64,000 nucleotides of DNA from Syntrophorhabdaceae bacterium (GCA_963666485.2 CAXXUO010000008.1:32001-96000); one strand, 5' to 3'; counted from the first letter of the stretch, positions 1 through 10,202 are shown. Numbers and translations are program-made. The notes: generated from the letters alone by a model not told the origin.

Positions 1-1230
1 CATTGCGATGGCGTTGTCCACCTTCTGGTTGTTTCCCGGTGTATAGGCGCCTATGTTGATGAGGTCCTCGGCCCGCTCGAACTCCGCGAGTATCTCGACG
101 ATACGGCCCGCGTATTCGCTCTGCTCTTTCGGGGTTATGTCCTTCATGAGCCTCGAGACACTGCGCAGGACATCAATAGGGGGATAATGGTTGGCGTCGG
201 AGAGTTTCCGGGAGAGTACCACGTGTCCGTCCAGAATGGAGCGCGCGGCATCGGCAATCGGGTCATCGAGGTCATCGCCTTCGACCAGGACCGTGTAGAT
301 CGCGGTCATCGACCCTTCACTGTAGCCATTCCCCGCCCTTTCGAGCACCTTTGCAAGGAGCGAAAAAACGCTCGGCGTGTATCCCTTGGATGTCGGGGGT
401 TCACCGATGGCAAGCCCTATCTCGCGCTGGGCCATGCTGAATCGGGTGAGCGAGTCCATGAGGAGCAGTACATTTTTCCCGCGGTCCCGGAAATACTCGG
501 CAAGCGCGATCGTCAGGAAGGCGCCCCGCACACGGATAAGCGGCGGCTGGTCCGACGTCGCGACAACGACAACGGAATTCTTGATGCCGTCGCCGAGGTC
601 ACGCTCAATAAATTCACGCACCTCGCGGCCGCGTTCGCCTATAAGGCCGATGACGTTGACATTGGCCTCCGTATGACGGGCGATCATGCCGAGCAGGACG
701 CTTTTCCCCACGCCGGAACCGGCAAAGATACCTATCCTCTGTCCCTTGCCGCATGTAAGCAGGCCATTGATGCTCCTGACCCCCAGGTCGAGCGGTTCTG
801 TAATGCGTTTCTTGCGCATGGGATTGACCGTTTCACGGTAGATCGGTACGGATTCCGTGCAGTTGAGAGGCCCCTTGCCGTCCATCGGGTTGCCGAGCCC
901 GTCTATGACCCGGCCGAGCAGGCCCTCGCCCGCGAGGGTATCGGCGTTGCGCTTCTTCGACAGGATCCGCGAGCCGATCCCGACGCCCCGTATATCGCCG
1001 AGCGGCATGAGAAGCGTCTTGCCGTCCCGGAACCCGACCACTTCCGCGTCAATGGGGACGTTGCTGTCTACCGGATAAATGAGTGCTGAATCACCCACGG
1101 ACGAGATGGGGCCTTTGCCTTCTATGACAAGGCCCACCACCTGGTTCACCTTCCCGTACACGCGGTACGGGTACATGTTCGCGAGCATGTCGCGGGTGAG
1201 CGTCAAAGTCTGGTCAGTCTGCGCGTCCAT
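1..1230 (-). CDS. fliI: Flagellar export ATPase FliI (3' end runs off the window)
   Basis: Not in the ORF track; manual translation from ATG 1230: MDAQTDQTLTLTRDMLANMYPYRVYGKVNQVVGLVIEG..., Walker A GIFAGSGVGKS, LIGERGREVREF, MDSLTRF, GEPPTSKGY; overlaps the fliH stop. Confidence 0.95.
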   Translation of the reverse strand, partial: MDAQTDQTLTLTRDMLANMYPYRVYGKVNQVVGLVIEGKGPISSVGDSALIYPVDSNVPIDAEVVGFRDGKTLLMPLGDIRGVGIGSRILSKKRNADTLAGEGLLGRVIDGLGNPMDGKGPLNCTESVPIYRETVNPMRKKRITEPLDLGVRSINGLLTCGKGQRIGIFAGSGVGKSVLLGMIARHTEANVNVIGLIGERGREVREFIERDLGDGIKNSVVVVATSDQPPLIRVRGAFLTIALAEYFRDRGKNVLLLMDSLTRFSMAQREIGLAIGEPPTSKGYTPSVFSLLAKVLERAGNGYSEGSMTAIYTVLVEGDDLDDPIADAARSILDGHVVLSRKLSDANHYPPIDVLRSVSRLMKDITPKEQSEYAGRIVEILAEFERAEDLINIGAYTPGNNQKVDNAIAM

Positions 1231-1855
1231 TCAAGAATTCCCTTTTCAGTTCCTCTATCTGGACGGAAACGCGCCCGTCGATGTCACCGAAATTCGTCTC
1301 GATGACAAACCCCGGCTCATGCAGGTTGTCATCCCTGATGATCTTGAAATCCTGCAGCTCGTCCACACCAATGAGGTCTGCATCCTCTTTGCGCAGCCGG
1401 ATGGTCGTGCCGCTCCTTCCCTCGCACAGGGAAAGGGCCTTCCTGACCATTCTCAGCGTGCCCTCGCGGTCGTCCCTGCATTCCTTGAGGACGATCGCCT
1501 CGGCAAATAAGAGGGCCAGTTCCGTGGAAAGGTTCTCGGCCCTTTTTATAAGCTCTTCCTTGAACACGGACAGTTCCGCAAGGAATGTCCCCAGCCTCTT
1601 GACGAGCGGTTCCACCCTCTGCATGCCCATCTTGTGCCCGGCTTTTTCACCCTCGGCATATGCCTCTTCAAATACGCGCCGCGCCTCTTCTTCAAGATTT
1701 ATTGCGGCGGCTTTCGGGGGTGCGTGAGATCCATGGTCTTCGAATCCGGACTGCCCGTCCTCGAACAGCCTGATGAAATCTGAGGATGTTTTCTCCTGGT
1801 TATCATCGTCTGCTAGGTCGGTCAGGTTGAAAGTTTCCATGGCGTACGTTCTCAC
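1214..1855 (-). CDS. fliH: Flagellar assembly protein FliH
   Basis: AxxxGxxxG-type segment (EEAYAEGEKAGHKMG), C-terminal GFVIETNFGDIDG; lies between fliG and fliI; start may be ATG 1840. Confidence 0.85.
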   Translation of the reverse strand: MRTYAMETFNLTDLADDDNQEKTSSDFIRLFEDGQSGFEDHGSHAPPKAAAINLEEEARRVFEEAYAEGEKAGHKMGMQRVEPLVKRLGTFLAELSVFKEELIKRAENLSTELALLFAEAIVLKECRDDREGTLRMVRKALSLCEGRSGTTIRLRKEDADLIGVDELQDFKIIRDDNLHEPGFVIETNFGDIDGRVSVQIEELKREFLNGRAD

Positions 1856-2853
1856 ACAAACTCTTCATTGCCCCGCGAAAGGACGATCTTGCCTTCGCTT
1901 TCGAGCTTTTTCGCGATCATCGCGATCTTTACCTGGGCCTTCTCGACATCGGATAAGCGTACGGGGCCCATTGCCTCGAGATCTTCCTTCAGCATTGCTG
2001 CGGCCCTCTCCGACATGTTGGAGAATATCTTCTCTTTCATGCTGTCTGAGGCACCCTTCAGTGCCACGCCGACATCCTCGGACGAGATCTCCTTCAAGAG
2101 TGTCTGGATGCTCCTGTCGTCGAGGCTGCCAAGGTCTTCGAAGGTGAACATGAGCTGCCGGATGCGTTCGGCCAGTTCGGGGTTCGTTTCTTCGAGCTTG
2201 CCGAGCAGTTCGGACTCCAGCGTCCTGTCCATCTGGTTTAAGATCGATGCGACCACCTCGACGCCGCCCAACTGTTTTCCCTGGGCACCGCCAATTGTGC
2301 TTTCAAGCTGTTCACGTATAACACTTTCGACCTCGGCAAGTATGTTGAGATCGACCTTCTCAAGGTTGGCCATCCTCACGACAACGTCGGTCTGGACCCT
2401 GTCCGGAAGACAGCTTATCGCTTCCCCCGCTTTTTTTGTCCCGAGGATGGACAGGACGAGGGCCATGGTCTGGGGATGCTCTTCCCTGATCACATTTGCA
2501 AGGACACGCGGATCGCAGCGCTTTAAGAATTCGCCGGGTACACCCTTCTTGGTATCGAGCTGGCCAAGGAGGAGATCGGCCTTCTCTTCGTCGAAGCTCT
2601 GCTTCACAAGCTGGCGGAATTTGTTCTCTCCGCCAACGACGTTCTTGCTCTTCTTCGAAACCCTCGTCATGAACTCTTCCTGGACCTTGTGGACAACATG
2701 GTCCGGAATGAGCTTCAGGTTCGATATCTCTTTGCCGATGGCCTCGATGTCCTGCTCATCGAGCCCTTTCATGACCTCCTTCGTTATCTCGTCGTCCATG
2801 GTCAAAAGGAGAATGGCGGCCTTTCTGACTCCGGAGAGGTCTTCAGTGTTCAT
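1852..2853 (-). CDS. fliG: Flagellar motor switch protein FliG
   Basis: RKAAILLL, EHPQT, MFTFEDL, NMSERAA, GPVRLSDVEKAQ motifs. Confidence 0.97.
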   Translation of the reverse strand: MNTEDLSGVRKAAILLLTMDDEITKEVMKGLDEQDIEAIGKEISNLKLIPDHVVHKVQEEFMTRVSKKSKNVVGGENKFRQLVKQSFDEEKADLLLGQLDTKKGVPGEFLKRCDPRVLANVIREEHPQTMALVLSILGTKKAGEAISCLPDRVQTDVVVRMANLEKVDLNILAEVESVIREQLESTIGGAQGKQLGGVEVVASILNQMDRTLESELLGKLEETNPELAERIRQLMFTFEDLGSLDDRSIQTLLKEISSEDVGVALKGASDSMKEKIFSNMSERAAAMLKEDLEAMGPVRLSDVEKAQVKIAMIAKKLESEGKIVLSRGNEEFV

Positions 2854-2856
2854 CTA

Positions 2857-4476
2857 TCAGGTCCCTTCCTTTACCCAGTCTTTGATGACCGAACCCACGA
2901 CCTGTTTGTCGCGCATGATATCGTTGAGCGCCGCCTGCTGCCTGTTCTCTATCGCGGGAGCTGCATCCTGCCCCGCACCGACGCCTTTCATATAGACATC
3001 CTTGACCTGGTACAGGGACGCCTGGTCGGCCCGTGACTTGAGAAATCCCATGAGGGGTTTGACGACGAAGAAGAATATCGCGGCGAGCATCAGGGCATAG
3101 AAGCCGTACTTGCCGAAAGAAAAGATCATTTCCTTGCGGTCCGCCGCATCGAGGAGCCCTTTTTCATCGGCAAGGTTCTCCGTCTCGAACGGGACATTGA
3201 GGACCTCGATCTTGTCGCCGCGCTCTTCGTCTATACCGACCGCCCTGGCGACAATGCCCTTGATATCGTTCATTTCTTTCTGTGATCTCGGCGAGTATTT
3301 CAACTCCTCCCCGTTCTGGCCTTTCACTTTTTCATATTTGCCGTCGAGCACGATCGCGACGGACATTTTCTTGATATCCCCGTACGGTTCGACGATCTTC
3401 TTGACCGTCTTGCTGACCTCGTATGTTACCTGCGATTCCTCACGTTCCGATTCGCTGCCTTTGAAGGAGGACGTGGCCGTCTCGGCTCCCCCTTGAGGTG
3501 TCTGTTTACCGACCGCGTTCGGGACATTCGACGCGACGCCGGGTACGCCGGATGCAGCTCCCGATGACCTGTTCAGGTTCTTTTCCCTGCTCTTGCGCTC
3601 GTTTGTCGGGACCCTCTTGTTCGGATCGTACTCCTCTTCCACCTTTTCAACCTTGCGAAGGTTGAGCTCGACATTGGCCCGGATTATCGACTTGTTGGCC
3701 GGGAGGAAGCGGTTGAGCATTGACTGGACCGAATCCTCGATGGTCCTTTCGACGTTCTTCTGAAGTTCGTACTGCTGGCCCGACATCGCCATGTCGGTAC
3801 CGGCGCTGCCGGCCTTGTACAGGACCTTGCCGAAGGAATCGACCACCGTGATATTGTCCGGTTTGAGCCCTTCTATGCTGCCTGACACGAGGTGGACCAA
3901 TCCCGATACCTGCTCTTTCGACAGGGATTTGCCGGACCTCAATTTCAGGAAGACGGATGCCGTGACCTCTTTTTCCCGGTCGGTGAAGAGCGTCTTTTCC
4001 GGGATCGCGATATGGACCCGGGAAGCCCTGACCTCGGGCATCTGGTTTATCGTGCGCGAAAGCTCACCTTGTATGGCGCGTTTGTAATTGATGTTCTGCA
4101 TGAACTCGGTCATGCCGTAATTTGTCTTGTCGAACAGCTCGAACCCGATCCCGCCGCCGCCAGGAAGAGCGTTCTGGCCGGCGAGCTGAAGCCTCACGTC
4201 GTGCACCTTGTCCTTGGGAACGGATACAGAGGTGCCGCCGAGCGCGAGCTTGTAGGGGACCTTCATCTCCTTGAGCTTCGCGACGATCACCGAGGCATCT
4301 TCCGTCGAGAGGCCGGCAAAGAGCGTCTGGTACGACTCTTTCTGAAGGATCGAAAGGCCGAGGATAGAACCGCCCACGACGGCTATGAAAAGAAAGACGT
4401 ACATGTACAGTTTACTTTTCGGGGCTGTCCTCAGGAAATTTTTGCCGTTGTTGAGAAGTTCGTCTATCGGAGGCAT
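2857..4476 (-). CDS. fliF: Flagellar M-ring protein FliF
   Basis: Two TM segments, GFELFDKTNYGMTEF, GELSRTI, RVHIAIPE, GVPGVASN. Confidence 0.96.
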   Translation of the reverse strand: MPPIDELLNNGKNFLRTAPKSKLYMYVFLFIAVVGGSILGLSILQKESYQTLFAGLSTEDASVIVAKLKEMKVPYKLALGGTSVSVPKDKVHDVRLQLAGQNALPGGGGIGFELFDKTNYGMTEFMQNINYKRAIQGELSRTINQMPEVRASRVHIAIPEKTLFTDREKEVTASVFLKLRSGKSLSKEQVSGLVHLVSGSIEGLKPDNITVVDSFGKVLYKAGSAGTDMAMSGQQYELQKNVERTIEDSVQSMLNRFLPANKSIIRANVELNLRKVEKVEEEYDPNKRVPTNERKSREKNLNRSSGAASGVPGVASNVPNAVGKQTPQGGAETATSSFKGSESEREESQVTYEVSKTVKKIVEPYGDIKKMSVAIVLDGKYEKVKGQNGEELKYSPRSQKEMNDIKGIVARAVGIDEERGDKIEVLNVPFETENLADEKGLLDAADRKEMIFSFGKYGFYALMLAAIFFFVVKPLMGFLKSRADQASLYQVKDVYMKGVGAGQDAAPAIENRQQAALNDIMRDKQVVGSVIKDWVKEGT

Positions 4477-4479
4477 ACG

Positions 4480-4767
4480 TTATACCTGCATTCTCATGAT
4501 CTCGTCATACGCGCTCAAGATCTTGTTGCGTATCTGCATCATCATCTGAAACGAGAGATCGGCTTTTTCGACGGCGATCATCGTGCTCTGAACGTCCGTG
4601 TTCTCCATTTTGACCAGTTTTTCCATTTCCGTACCGGCATCTTTTTCAAGCTCGACAACCTTCTTGATGGAGTCTTTCAGGACGTCCCCGAAAGATGTCT
4701 TTGCCTTTTCATTCGCCGGCTTCTGGACCTCGCCAAAATTGGGGAGAGAGAAACTTTCAACCTTCAT
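4480..4767 (-). CDS. fliE: Flagellar hook-basal body protein FliE
   Basis: C-terminal QIRNKILSAYDEIMRMQV. Confidence 0.95.
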   Translation of the reverse strand: MKVESFSLPNFGEVQKPANEKAKTSFGDVLKDSIKKVVELEKDAGTEMEKLVKMENTDVQSTMIAVEKADLSFQMMMQIRNKILSAYDEIMRMQV

Positions 4768-4778
4768 GGCACGCCTCC

Positions 4779-5210
4779 CTATTTAATGAGCTCGAGTGTC
4801 TTGATGAACATGTCCTTGGTCGTGGTCAGCACGTTGACATTGGCTTCATACGCGCGCGCCGCGGCCGTCATGTCCGTCATCTCTTCCATCATGTTCACGT
4901 TCGACAACGTAACATACCCTTTTTCGTCAGCATCGGGATGGCCGGGGTTATACACCTGCTGGAAAGGCTTGTCGCTCTCCCGGACACCGTCGACGTGAAC
5001 GCCGTCCACCTGCCGCGCGAGCGCCTGCCGGAACCCTGAATCCTCGGAGACATCGACGGTCTTGAAGAGGACCTCTTTCTTCCTGTAGGGCCCGCCCTCG
5101 TCGGTCTTCGTTGTCTGGACATTCGCGAGGTTCGATGCGATCGTGTCCATCCTGGTCCTCTGCGCCTTCATTCCCGATGCACTGATTTTGAAGATATCGA
5201 ATACACCCAT
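4779..5210 (-). CDS. flgC: Flagellar basal-body rod protein FlgC
   Basis: SASGMKAQRTRMDTIASNLAN, GPYRKK, YNPGHPDADEKGYV. Confidence 0.96.
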   Translation of the reverse strand: MGVFDIFKISASGMKAQRTRMDTIASNLANVQTTKTDEGGPYRKKEVLFKTVDVSEDSGFRQALARQVDGVHVDGVRESDKPFQQVYNPGHPDADEKGYVTLSNVNMMEEMTDMTAAARAYEANVNVLTTTKDMFIKTLELIK

Positions 5211-5213
5211 ACG

Positions 5214-5570
5214 TTACCTCTTCCCTTCGCCGATCACGTACTTCATCATGGAGAAACGTTTTGACGCCATCTGGACGAGTGCCTGGTACATGAGCTGGTT
5301 CTCTGTCAGCCTGACGGTTTCCGTCTCCAGCTCGACCGTGTTCCCATCGAGTTTGACAAACCCTTCGGACTCGTTTTCCGTTACCTTGTAATCCCTGTTG
5401 TCCTGGGATACCGGGCCGGTCGACGTCGCGCGTTTGTCGAGTTCAGTCCTGAAATCAATGCTTTTCGCCTTGTATCCGGGGGTCTGGGAATTCGCGATGT
5501 TCCCCGAGACGAGCTTATGGTAAAAGGCGCGTACGGAAAGGGCTTTTCCTATAAGGTCAACAAGCTGCAT
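5214..5570 (-). CDS. flgB: Flagellar basal-body rod protein FlgB
   Basis: NIANSQTPGYKAK, DGNTVELE; directly upstream of flgC. Confidence 0.93.
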   Translation of the reverse strand: MQLVDLIGKALSVRAFYHKLVSGNIANSQTPGYKAKSIDFRTELDKRATSTGPVSQDNRDYKVTENESEGFVKLDGNTVELETETVRLTENQLMYQALVQMASKRFSMMKYVIGEGKR

Positions 5571-5571
5571 A

Positions 5572-6873
5572 TCAATACTCCCTTACCGGGACCTCGATCC
5601 CCATGGCCCGGTATTCGTTGATCTTGTTCCTCAAGGTCCTCACCGTTATGCCGAGGATGCCGGCGGCCTTCGAACGGTTGCCCCGCACTGACCGCAGGGC
5701 GTCGAGAATAAGCTTCGTTTCCATCTCGCGGACCGATCCGACGCCGTCCTGCGCCTGGGCGGGGCGCCCTTCGTCAAGGTGGCTCATCGTTATGACTGAA
5801 CCGCCCGACATTATGCAGGCCCGCGCTATCACGTTCTCCAGCTCGCGAACATTCCCCTTCCAGTGCCGGTTCGCAAGATGGGCCATAGCCTCGTCGCTGA
5901 CCCCGATGTCCATACCGCGCGAATGTTTTTTCAGAAGGTGGTCAACGAGCGGGGGGATATCGTCGCGTCGCTCGCGCAGGGCCGGGATCGTTATCGGGAA
6001 CACGCTCAGGCGATAGTACAGGTCTTCCCTGAAATTGCCGTCTGCAACGGTCTTCACGATGTCCCTGTTCGTGGTCGCTATGACGCGCACGTCGATCTTG
6101 CGCGCGCCGCGTGCGCCAAGCACCTCGAGTTCCTGTTCCTGGAGCACGCGAAGCAGCTTCGCCTGGAGCCTCAGGTCCATTTCCGTTATCTCGTCGAGAA
6201 GGATCGTGCCTTTGTCGGCGAGCTCAAACTTTCCCGGTTTGCGAGCGGCTGCGCCTGTAAAGGCCCCCTTTTCGTACCCGAAGAGCTCGCTCTCGAGGAG
6301 GTTCTCCGGCAGGGCAGCGCAATTGACCGCGACGAACGGCATGTGTGCGCGGCTGGAACTCTCGTGGATGAATTTCGATATCACCTCTTTGCCGACACCG
6401 CTCTCACCCAGCACCAGGACCGTCGCATCCGATGCGGCAACCCTCTCGGCCCTTACGAGGACCTCTTTCATTTCCCGGGATGCGAAAATGATCTTCCCGT
6501 TGTTGACGCCGAGGGCACGCCTGACCACGGTATAGAGGGTGTCCGTATTGAAGGGTTTCTGGATATAGTCGTACGCCCCTTCCTTCATGACCTTCACCGC
6601 GTCCTGAACGGTCCCGTATCCCGTCATGAGGATCACCGGCAGCAGGGGGGAGGTCTCCTTTATGGCCTTGAGCAGGTCGATGCCGCCGATGTGCGGCATC
6701 TTGACATCGGTGATGACGAGGTCGTAGGGCTTGCGGTCGATCTCGTTCATGGCCATCTTCCCGTCCTCGGCGAGCGCCACCTGGTAACCCGCCCGGACCA
6801 GGGACTCTTTCAGCGCGATCCGCATATGGTTGTCGTCGTCGACAACGAGAACATTGGTTTTCATAGGGCTCAC
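5572..6873 (-). CDS. Sigma54-dependent response regulator (REC-AAA+-HTH), FleR/FlrC-like
   Basis: REC (VVDDD, ITDVKMP), [15 protein letters not shown]-terminal Fis-type HTH; in the flagellar operon; start could be ATG 6864. Confidence 0.9.
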   Translation of the reverse strand: MSPMKTNVLVVDDDNHMRIALKESLVRAGYQVALAEDGKMAMNEIDRKPYDLVITDVKMPHIGGIDLLKAIKETSPLLPVILMTGYGTVQDAVKVMKEGAYDYIQKPFNTDTLYTVVRRALGVNNGKIIFASREMKEVLVRAERVAASDATVLVLGESGVGKEVISKFIHESSSRAHMPFVAVNCAALPENLLESELFGYEKGAFTGAAARKPGKFELADKGTILLDEITEMDLRLQAKLLRVLQEQELEVLGARGARKIDVRVIATTNRDIVKTVADGNFREDLYYRLSVFPITIPALRERRDDIPPLVDHLLKKHSRGMDIGVSDEAMAHLANRHWKGNVRELENVIARACIMSGGSVITMSHLDEGRPAQAQDGVGSVREMETKLILDALRSVRGNRSKAAGILGITVRTLRNKINEYRAMGIEVPVREY

Positions 6874-7961
6874 GGTGACTCCTTTGGAATATAGATAAGG
6901 AAGGAAGAACCGGATCCTTCTTCAGATTCGACTTCTATCGACCCGCCATGGGCCTTCACGATATTGTAGACAATGAAAAGTCCGAGGCCCATGCCCTTAT
7001 CTTTCGTTGTAAAAAAAGGATTGAAGATGCTCCGCTTGATCTCCTCGGTCATGCCCGGCCCGTTGTCGCTGACCACAATGACACCGTACTTTCCATTCTC
7101 GCGTACGTCAACCTTTATCCTTCCGTTCGGGCCGACGGCATCCATCGCGTTACTTATAAGGTTCATGACAACGAGCTTCATCATATCGGGATCAAAGAAA
7201 GCCCGGCCCGCAGATACCGGTGTAAATTGCAGGTCGATCTTCCTGGCCTCCGTCGAGATGCTCATGAACTCGAGGGTATCGCTGACAACAGTCTTGAGTT
7301 CGCCATCCCCCGACGCCAGCTCTTTCGGCCGCGTGTAGGAGAGGATGTTGTTGATTATCCTGTCTATCGTCTTGACGCCGAAGAGGACATATTCGACATA
7401 TTTGCGGTCTCGTGCCCGCATCTTGCCGGCCATGAGCATCGACAAAAAGAGTTCCATGCTCCCGAGCGGGTTCTTGATCTCATGTGATATCCTGGCAGCC
7501 ATTTCACCCATGGCGCGGAGCCTCTCATCACGCTCCATGTGTTCCTTCATTCTCTCGATCTCGGTGACATCCTCGATCGCCACGACGTAATTGCCCTCGA
7601 AACCGTTGCCCAGGGCCTCGGTCTTCCACCGGTAACGCCCCATCCCGCTTCGTATCTCGCCTGTTTTCCCGGCAGAGCTCGTTACATTGCCCATGATCCT
7701 TTCCGGGATCAATTCCTCCGCGTTCCTGTTGGCAAAGACAACCGACATCCCGTCAAGAACAACAACACCGACGGGAAGCGAATTGAGGATCGTGTAGAGA
7801 TACTCACTTGCCCTTTCGAGGGCCGCATTCTTCTGTTCGAGTTCTTTCTTCAGGTTCCGGATCTGCCCTTCCAGCATGCCGTAGTGGCTGATAATGGAAT
7901 CGGACGCCTTGGCGAATTCGGTAAAAGCATTTTCAAGGAGTTTGACTTCGGGTCTTGGCAT
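6870..7961 (-). CDS. Cytoplasmic sensor histidine kinase, FleS/FlrB-like
   Basis: N-terminal coiled coil and PAS-like part, H-box SHEIKNPL, NLISNA, DNGPG, FFTTK, GMGLGL; no TM segment. Confidence 0.9.
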   Translation of the reverse strand: MPRPEVKLLENAFTEFAKASDSIISHYGMLEGQIRNLKKELEQKNAALERASEYLYTILNSLPVGVVVLDGMSVVFANRNAEELIPERIMGNVTSSAGKTGEIRSGMGRYRWKTEALGNGFEGNYVVAIEDVTEIERMKEHMERDERLRAMGEMAARISHEIKNPLGSMELFLSMLMAGKMRARDRKYVEYVLFGVKTIDRIINNILSYTRPKELASGDGELKTVVSDTLEFMSISTEARKIDLQFTPVSAGRAFFDPDMMKLVVMNLISNAMDAVGPNGRIKVDVRENGKYGVIVVSDNGPGMTEEIKRSIFNPFFTTKDKGMGLGLFIVYNIVKAHGGSIEVESEEGSGSSFLIYIPKESP

Positions 7962-7973
7962 GCCGGGATAAGT

Positions 7974-7989
7974 TGCAAGAAAAGTGCCA
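7974..7989 (-). promoter_or_regulatory. Sigma54 (-24/-12) promoter of the kinase-regulator-flgBC-fliEFGHI operon
   Basis: Minus strand TGGCAC-TTTTC-TTGCA, a perfect TGGCAC-N5-TTGCW match with GG-N10-GC spacing. Confidence 0.9.
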
Positions 7990-7993
7990 TGAA

Positions 7994-8368
7994 AAGGCGT
8001 AAGGCGTAAGGCGTAAGGCGTAAGGCGTTACAGAACTTCGTAAAAACAATTAGTTATATAAATAATTCTCAAATGGAGCTTACGCGAAATCCCCCCGTCG
8101 TCATCCCGGCGCTTGTCGCCGGGATCCAGCGTCTTTGCTTTTTGTTTCCTTCAAGGGTGAGACCATATCCGCCAGACAAATCCGCCACTTCTATCTCGAA
8201 ATTACGGGCAGATTTAGCCAGTTACAGAATAAAGACGCTGGATTCCGGCAAGCCGGAATGACGGTATTTTCTCTGTCAGGTGTGTTTGGAAATATCCAGT
8301 CCGAGCAGCGTGTTCTTTAGAATTTTTGACAGGTCGAGAAACGCCTTACGCCTTACGCCTTACGCCTT
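7994..8368. repeat. Composite intergenic repeat: (AAGGCGT)5 ... REP-like inverted pair ... (ACGCCTT)4
   Basis: Heptamers at 7994-8028 and inverted at 8341-8368; inner arms GTCATCCCGGC..GCCGGGATCCAGCGTCTTT (~8100-8136) and AAAGACGCTGGATTCCGGCAAGCCGGAATGACGG (8231-8264). Confidence 0.9.
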
Positions 8369-8380
8369 ACGGTCTTTGTG

Positions 8381-9844
8381 TCAGGAATTTGACGATCCGT
8401 CCAGGCCGAGGCGCTTCATTTTTTCTATGAGGGTTGTGCGGTTGATGTTGAGGGCCTGGGCAGCCTTGCTTTTTACACCCTGCGTTTCGCTTAAGGCCTT
8501 CATGATGAGGGTTTTTTCGAACTCGGAGACGAGCGTGTCATATCCTCTATCGATATCGATGTCAGTTCCCGGCACTGCCGCCTCTTCCTTCTCACGGCCG
8601 TAGAATTTTTCGGGCAGGTCTTCGATGTCGATAGGGCCGCTTCTTTTCAGGACGACCATCCGCTCGACGATATTCTGGAGTTCCCGGACATTCCCGGGGA
8701 AGTCATAGCTAATGAGGGCCTTCATCGCCTCTTCGGAGAAACCCTCTATGGCGGCGTTATTGATCCTGTTCGATTGCTCGAGGAAGAAATTGACAAGGAT
8801 GGGGATGTCCTGGCGCCTCTCCCGTAAGGGCGGGATGTCTATGGGAACGACATTGAGCCGGTAGTAGAGGTCTTCCCGGAATTTCCCCTCTTCAACCAGG
8901 TCCTCGAGTTTGCGGTTTGTCGCCGCGATGATCCGGACATCTACCTTTATCGTCTTCGCCCCGCCGATACGCTCGAATGACTTTTCCTGAAGGACCCTCA
9001 ACAGCTTGACCTGCAGGTTGAAGCTCATATCGCCGATCTCGTCGAGGAAAATAGATCCGCCGGCCGCAAGTTCGAACCTTCCGATCCGTGATGCCACGGC
9101 CCCGGTGAATGCGCCTTTCTCGTAGCCGAAGAGCTCGCTTTCAAGAAGGGTCTCGGGAATGGCCCCGCAATTGACGACGACCAGAGGATTGTCACGCTTC
9201 GACGAATTATAATGGATGGCCCGGGCGACAAGTTCCTTGCCCACACCGCTTTCACCGGTAATGAGCACGGTAGCGTTGGTGTCCGAGACCCGCTCGATCA
9301 TCTCGAACACCTTCTGCATCGGGAAGCTGACGCCGATGATGTTCTCGAACTTGTATTTGTCCTTCAATGCCGATCTCAGGATGGTGTTCTCGCGTACCAT
9401 CTTGTTCTCGGAATAACGCCTGAGGAGGTTCGCCTTGAGCGTGAGCCCTTTCGGGATATTGTCGCTTTTCAGCAGGTTGTAATAATAGATAGCCGAGTCG
9501 ATGGTGGTGAGCACTTCCTCGAATTTAAAGGGTTTCAGGACATAATCGAATGCCCCGCAGCGCATGGCGGTTATCGCGCTTTCCATGCTGCCGTACCCGG
9601 TCATGACGATGCCGAGGGTATCGATATATTCCTTCTGGATGAAATTGATGAGCTGCAGCCCGTCGACCTTCGGCATCATGAGATCGGTGATGAGCACGTG
9701 ATACCCGTTGTTCTTCAGCGCGGAAAGGGCCTTGCGGCTGTCGCTGAACGGGTCGACCTCGTAGCCGTTTGAGGTCAGGAACTCTGTAAGCATGTTGAGG
9801 ATGTTCTCTTCATCCTCAACAATTATTATCCTGCCTTTTTCCAT
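8381..9844 (-). CDS. Sigma54-dependent NtrC-family regulator (REC-AAA+-HTH), candidate FleQ/FlrA-like flagellar activator
   Basis: REC (ITDLMMP), [40 protein letters not shown]; adjacent to the sigma54 flagellar operon. Confidence 0.88.
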   Translation of the reverse strand: MEKGRIIIVEDEENILNMLTEFLTSNGYEVDPFSDSRKALSALKNNGYHVLITDLMMPKVDGLQLINFIQKEYIDTLGIVMTGYGSMESAITAMRCGAFDYVLKPFKFEEVLTTIDSAIYYYNLLKSDNIPKGLTLKANLLRRYSENKMVRENTILRSALKDKYKFENIIGVSFPMQKVFEMIERVSDTNATVLITGESGVGKELVARAIHYNSSKRDNPLVVVNCGAIPETLLESELFGYEKGAFTGAVASRIGRFELAAGGSIFLDEIGDMSFNLQVKLLRVLQEKSFERIGGAKTIKVDVRIIAATNRKLEDLVEEGKFREDLYYRLNVVPIDIPPLRERRQDIPILVNFFLEQSNRINNAAIEGFSEEAMKALISYDFPGNVRELQNIVERMVVLKRSGPIDIEDLPEKFYGREKEEAAVPGTDIDIDRGYDTLVSEFEKTLIMKALSETQGVKSKAAQALNINRTTLIEKMKRLGLDGSSNS

Positions 9845-9848
9845 ATAC

Positions 9849-10082
9849 CTACTTCGTGGTTCGCTTGTCCAGGATTATTGACTGGTTCTGGAGCATGTTC
9901 CATGCCCTGTCCCGGTCACGGTCCTCTTCGGCCCGTCTTTGATCGCGGCTCTCTTCGGAGCCGACCGACCAGGTGGTACCGTCCTTGTCCTTGGTTATCT
10001 TAAGGTCGTCGGCACCCAGACACGCCGAAACGATGATAAGCGAAACTAGTAAGAAAGTAGATAAACAAATAAGTCTCTTCAT
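9849..10082 (-). CDS. Small hypothetical exported protein
   Basis: 77 aa, signal-peptide-like N-terminus, AAGGGG RBS, 4 nt from the downstream regulator. Confidence 0.6.
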   Translation of the reverse strand: MKRLICLSTFLLVSLIIVSACLGADDLKITKDKDGTTWSVGSEESRDQRRAEEDRDRDRAWNMLQNQSIILDKRTTK

Positions 10083-10202
10083 GCTGGCATCCCCTTTTTG
10101 TCATAGTCTCGAAGAGCTACTACATATATATAGCCAATTTCGGGTGATAAAGTAAGTAAAAAATTCCGGGGGAATCCACGCAGATATACGGGAAAGAACG
10201 GG

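Noticed and set aside
1..5570. Non-flagellar type III injectisome
   Set aside because: flgB, flgC, fliE, fliG and nearby motAB identify a flagellum.
8073..8603. Small ORFs across repeat cassettes (also 16142-16471, 29481-29735, 35382-35696, 44943-45149)
   Set aside because: They translate repeat DNA (e.g. LRLTPYALR), mostly overlap real genes and show no protein motifs.
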